DNA of 64,000 bases, taken from positions 1-64,000 of the forward strand of contig CDMY01000351.1 of the NCBI GenBank assembly GCA_001179505.1, written 5' to 3'. Shown here piece by piece: positions 60,501 to 64,000 of this stretch. Source of the DNA: Vitrella brassicaformis CCMP3155. Lineage: Eukaryota > Protista > Chromerida. Made by a program: the position numbers and the translations under genes. Every line of letters begins with the position of its first letter. The stretch's first letter is position 1. The notes under the pieces are model-generated. The model saw only the letters and a list, made by a program, of their open reading frames with translations. It searched no databases and had not been told where the DNA came from.

Positions 60501-63500
60501 ACATTGAGGTGTGGCATGCCACTGGGCGTGTGGGGCAGTAGCAGCCGGACAGACGTCGGCGAGCGGCCGATTGGGAGGGGGCCGGGGGTGGCCAGCCGGC
60601 CCTTGTGGGGAGATGGGACGACTGAAAGACAGAGGAGAGAGCGAGAGGGACAGATTGTGGGTGCGGAAATGGGTGGTTCGCACGCTACCATTTCCGTGTG
60701 TGTCGATGTAGTCGAGGAGCTTCCCCTCCATCTCAGCTGCTGCTTCCACCTCCTGCATTGCCTTTGCCAGTGCCTGAGGCGCCACAGTGGGACGGCGCTC
60801 ACCCAGCCCACAGTAGAACAAACACCTGAACAACGACAAGGGCAGGAAAGAGAGAGACAGAGAATCTTATGGATGGGCAGAGGGACGGAAGCACACACAA
60901 CACTACATTCACCTGAGGTAAGGGTTATCTCCCAGCTCAGCGATCATGTCGGCTTCCTGGTAGCTGAGCTCCACCTTCTTGCTCACAATGCCCGCAGCAT
61001 TCTGCAGCTCGATCGTGCGGGTCGTTAGCTCCTTGAGGGTCTTCTTCGCCTCGGCCTTGGGCATGGCCGTCGACACCGTCTGTGTTGTAAGCGTGGGCTG
61101 CTGCTGGGCGACTGTGGCAAGAGTCAGAGGAGCGACGGACTTGTGCAGCTGCCAAAGACAGGAGAGATGCACAACGAGTGAGAGTATGCAGACACTGACT
61201 TCGTCAGTCATTGTCTTTGGCGTCTCAGATTACATTGAATTCGAGCCACAAGAGCATCTGGTACAGCTCCTTCAGCAGCCCCAGCTCACGCAACACCCCT
61301 CCACCCACCACATGATGCGCGTCCTTAAGCTGGCCCTCCCTCTGCCTCACCCCTCTGGGATCAGCCGACACCACCACAGCAGGCTGCAGCATCCCATCCA
61401 GCTCCTCAGACTCACCCTGCCCGCAGTTGGACCGTGCGGCGATGTGCGCCTCCATCCCACTGATGGCCGAGCGGATCGTCTGGATTGCGGGGCGGTAGTG
61501 GTGAGCTTCGGCGAGCAGTGCGGCGGTGACGTGGGCGAGAGAGGCGACGGTGAGGGCATCACGACTGCGGACGGACACCAAAAGCTGACACACATGGAGA
61601 CAACACATGGAGACATGTCTCTACAGATGCGATTGTGTACCTTGCACAGAATTGGCAGGCATTCGCGGAGAGTCTCTGCCCACTGCTGGAGCCCTTTATG
61701 CTCGTCGGGTGAGATCAGAGCCTCTCGCGTCTCATGTCGGCGGCGCATGCGCTCGATACGGAGCAACACGGGACGGCAGAACGCGCGATACGCCTTTGAC
61801 AAGAACAAAACAGAGAGAGAAAGAGGGAGGGGGAGAGACTCACGGGTGCGCTCACGGTCTCCTCTGCCACGTACATGGAGGGCCAAGTCTTCCAGGAGGT
61901 CTCCGTATTCGCCAATAACGAGTGGCGCGATCGTGCCCTCAGTCAGGCGCTTCAGGTACCGGCAGAACACACCAAGCCTCTCCCTCATATGCCCCTCCCC
62001 ATCTCCCTCCGTCTCCCCCGTCTCTGTGGAGACGACAACGACTGCCCGAAACAGCCCCAGCAGCATCGCGACTCGTCTCAGCAACGGGGGTGTTGGATCG
62101 GCATTGAGGGCCGCAAGCACATACACATAACGCTGGAAGGGCTTTCTCTGCGCGAAATGAAGGACGCACAAGGGGTGTGTGTGCACGTTGTCGGCTTCTC
62201 GATACCAAGAGTGCCTCAGGTGTCTGCTTGAGGTCTCTGCCGACGATCCAGTTGTGCTGTGGGCTGGGTGAGGTCAGGTGGAGGCACGTGGATGTGACGA
62301 CGGTCAGTGAGCGGACGGGGTCGGTGAGGGCCTCCATGTCGTCCAGCAGGGGACTGTCCATAGCGCCCTCTGCACTCTAACACACAAGACACAATAATGC
62401 AACGACAGTGTGCTGCAGAAGAGCGACAGTTGTTGTTGTCGTGTCTCACCCACCAGATCGGTCAGATCTTCCATCAGCTTCGGTGTTGTCTTGCTGTCGC
62501 CCCCTCCCTCCTCTCCTTCCCCCTCCTCCTCACCTGCATCTCCTTCTCCCTCACCGCTGTCCACTTTCGGTTCGTCTTCGACCTTCCTCTTGTCAAACAG
62601 CCCCTGCTCCCTCCCATACACAAACGGGTCACTCGCCCACACGTCCGCCTCTCTGTATCGCAGGTACACCAAGAACGGCATGGTGCCCCTCACACACTCG
62701 GCACCCACATGTGGCTCCACGGGCAGCGGAAGAGCGCCCCCGTCCAGCAATGGGGGCGGGGGCGAGTCGCTCCCATGTGCAGGTGGGTGGGACACCTCAT
62801 CGACCAGCCGCCTCCTGACTGCGTAGAACATCTTGGCCGCCTCGCCTTTCAGGTCCTCGTGGCTGCCATCGAGCCCCAGAGAGGGGAAGACGGTCGTCAT
62901 GGCCCTGATGGGTGGGGGTGAGGGCTGCGGGCGGGTGGTGAGGTCGTGGAGGGCCAGGGCATCGCCCTGCGGAGGGCGCCTGTCAAAGACAATGCCGAGA
63001 GAGCAGAGGCGGGTGGCTGAGCGGAGAAGGCATGGGAGGGGAGCGGGGGATGACGAGCGGTTGGCCTCCATTACTGCAATCGGGTCGAAGAACCGGCCGA
63101 TGAGATGCACCTGACATCCATGGGACTCGTCCACCCCTCCCTCACCTCAGCCATTCCCATCTAGCCCTTCACCCACCTGCAGCGGCACTTTGATATCGTC
63201 AGCCCCGCCCTCCTTTTTCTCAGCCCTTCTCCTCCTGAACGCGGCAATGGCATGTGAGTTGAGGTCGGTGCCCAGGGCCTTCCATCCCTCGGGCGGGCTG
63301 GGAGGCGGTGGCGGCGATGCCGGCGCAGTGGGGGGCGGGGCATCGGCCTCCTGTCCTGGTTTGGGGGGAGGAGGGGGAGGGTCCTCGGCTGGCGCACACA
63401 ACACGTCGATTTCCTCCAAGGGAGGGTCATAGAGATTCCTGCATATGGTGGACACACAGGAAAGTGGTCAGTGTGAGAGAGGTAGGGACGGGGGCAGCAC

Positions 63501-64000
63501 ACAGCATGAGCGTACCTGAGGAGGCATCTGAGCCTCATGCTTTGCAGCAGAGGTGTGAACGCATCCCACTGCTCCAGACCGAATGTGTGCATGAGCAGCG
63601 TCAGGTGGACAGACAGGGGGAAGGCTTGTGAGGACATCTGCGCAATTTCCACAGCGATCCGCAGCTGCTTCTCTGTCATTTTGGTGGTCTCGTCTTCATT
63701 TTCAACTGCTGCAGGGGCATCTGAGCTCAGCAATCACCAGAGAGACATGTGGTATGTGTGTGTGTGTTAATGTGTGCGTGTGTGGCATCATGCTGATCCA
63801 TCCATCTCTCTCACCTTCATTGCTCTCATCGGCTGCTGCAGGTGGCGGAATTGGCTGCCTCAGGTATGCTTCTGCTTTGTCTGCCGCCTCGCTCATCCGA
63901 CGCATGTGCACCTCCACATAAGGCATGATCGCACCCACCAACGTGATCTGCACACAGGCAAACGAGTGCGAGAGCCTCAACTTGCAGGCCTGCCTCCATC
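51530..64000 (-). CDS. CFAP54: CFAP54-like giant ciliary protein (3' part; 5' end lies beyond the window)
   Basis: Many-exon helical ORF. The segments VAYGKPYGGGTSV...KGAG...VEIRDLTPNAHYV and YRQTIELLRKKQLTNLVVQALLELGHLLW...AGKAWREAVD, and TFGLEQWDAF, resemble my recollection of CFAP54. The 3' end is approximate and a gap lies at 55031-55330. Confidence 0.62.
55031..55330. other. Assembly gap (300 N) flanked by poly-C, inside the CFAP54-like gene
   Basis: 300 N preceded by a long C run and followed by cccc. Confidence 0.98.

Noticed and set aside
1-64000. rRNA, tRNA, snRNA genes, CRISPR arrays, intact transposase/integrase/RT
   Set aside because: None recognisable on either strand by inspection; covariance-model searches were not run.

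Overview
Eukaryotic, GC-rich genomic DNA with many short introns full of (CA)n/(GACA)n/(GGAT)n microsatellites. The style strongly suggests an alveolate such as the chromerid Vitrella brassicaformis; this is inferred from composition and gene style, with no database check. All exon joins and protein alignments below were done by hand. The window has two parts. (1) About 1-27 kb is an accessory, duplication-rich zone. It holds six copies plus one fragment of a multi-exon lineage-specific gene family (poly-Q, F-box-like helix, variable exon-2 segment, acidic tail) in alternating orientations, several of them pseudogenised. Interleaved are a divergent importin-alpha-like gene whose IBB domain is replaced by a hydrophobic N-terminus, a head-to-head pair of small membrane-protein paralogues, a GRDP-like/ubiquitin-like fusion gene and a coiled-coil gene. 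(2) About 28-64 kb is a core-gene zone: an SRSF1-like splicing factor, a small membrane protein, an ABHD17/13-like hydrolase, an Unkempt/TZF-like CCCH protein, a low-complexity protein, RUS1, a SAP-like+GLEBS protein, and the 3' ~12.5 kb of a CFAP54-like gene. Three 300-N assembly gaps sit at poly-G/C tracts. Best leads: the F-box-like family whose exon-2 segment is far more divergent than its neighbouring intron; an in-frame UGA shared by three of its copies; the putatively membrane-anchored importin-alpha paralogue; the SAP+GLEBS+RVxF protein; and a candidate 13-nt poison micro-exon in the SR gene. No rRNA, tRNA, CRISPR array or intact transposase/RT was recognised.
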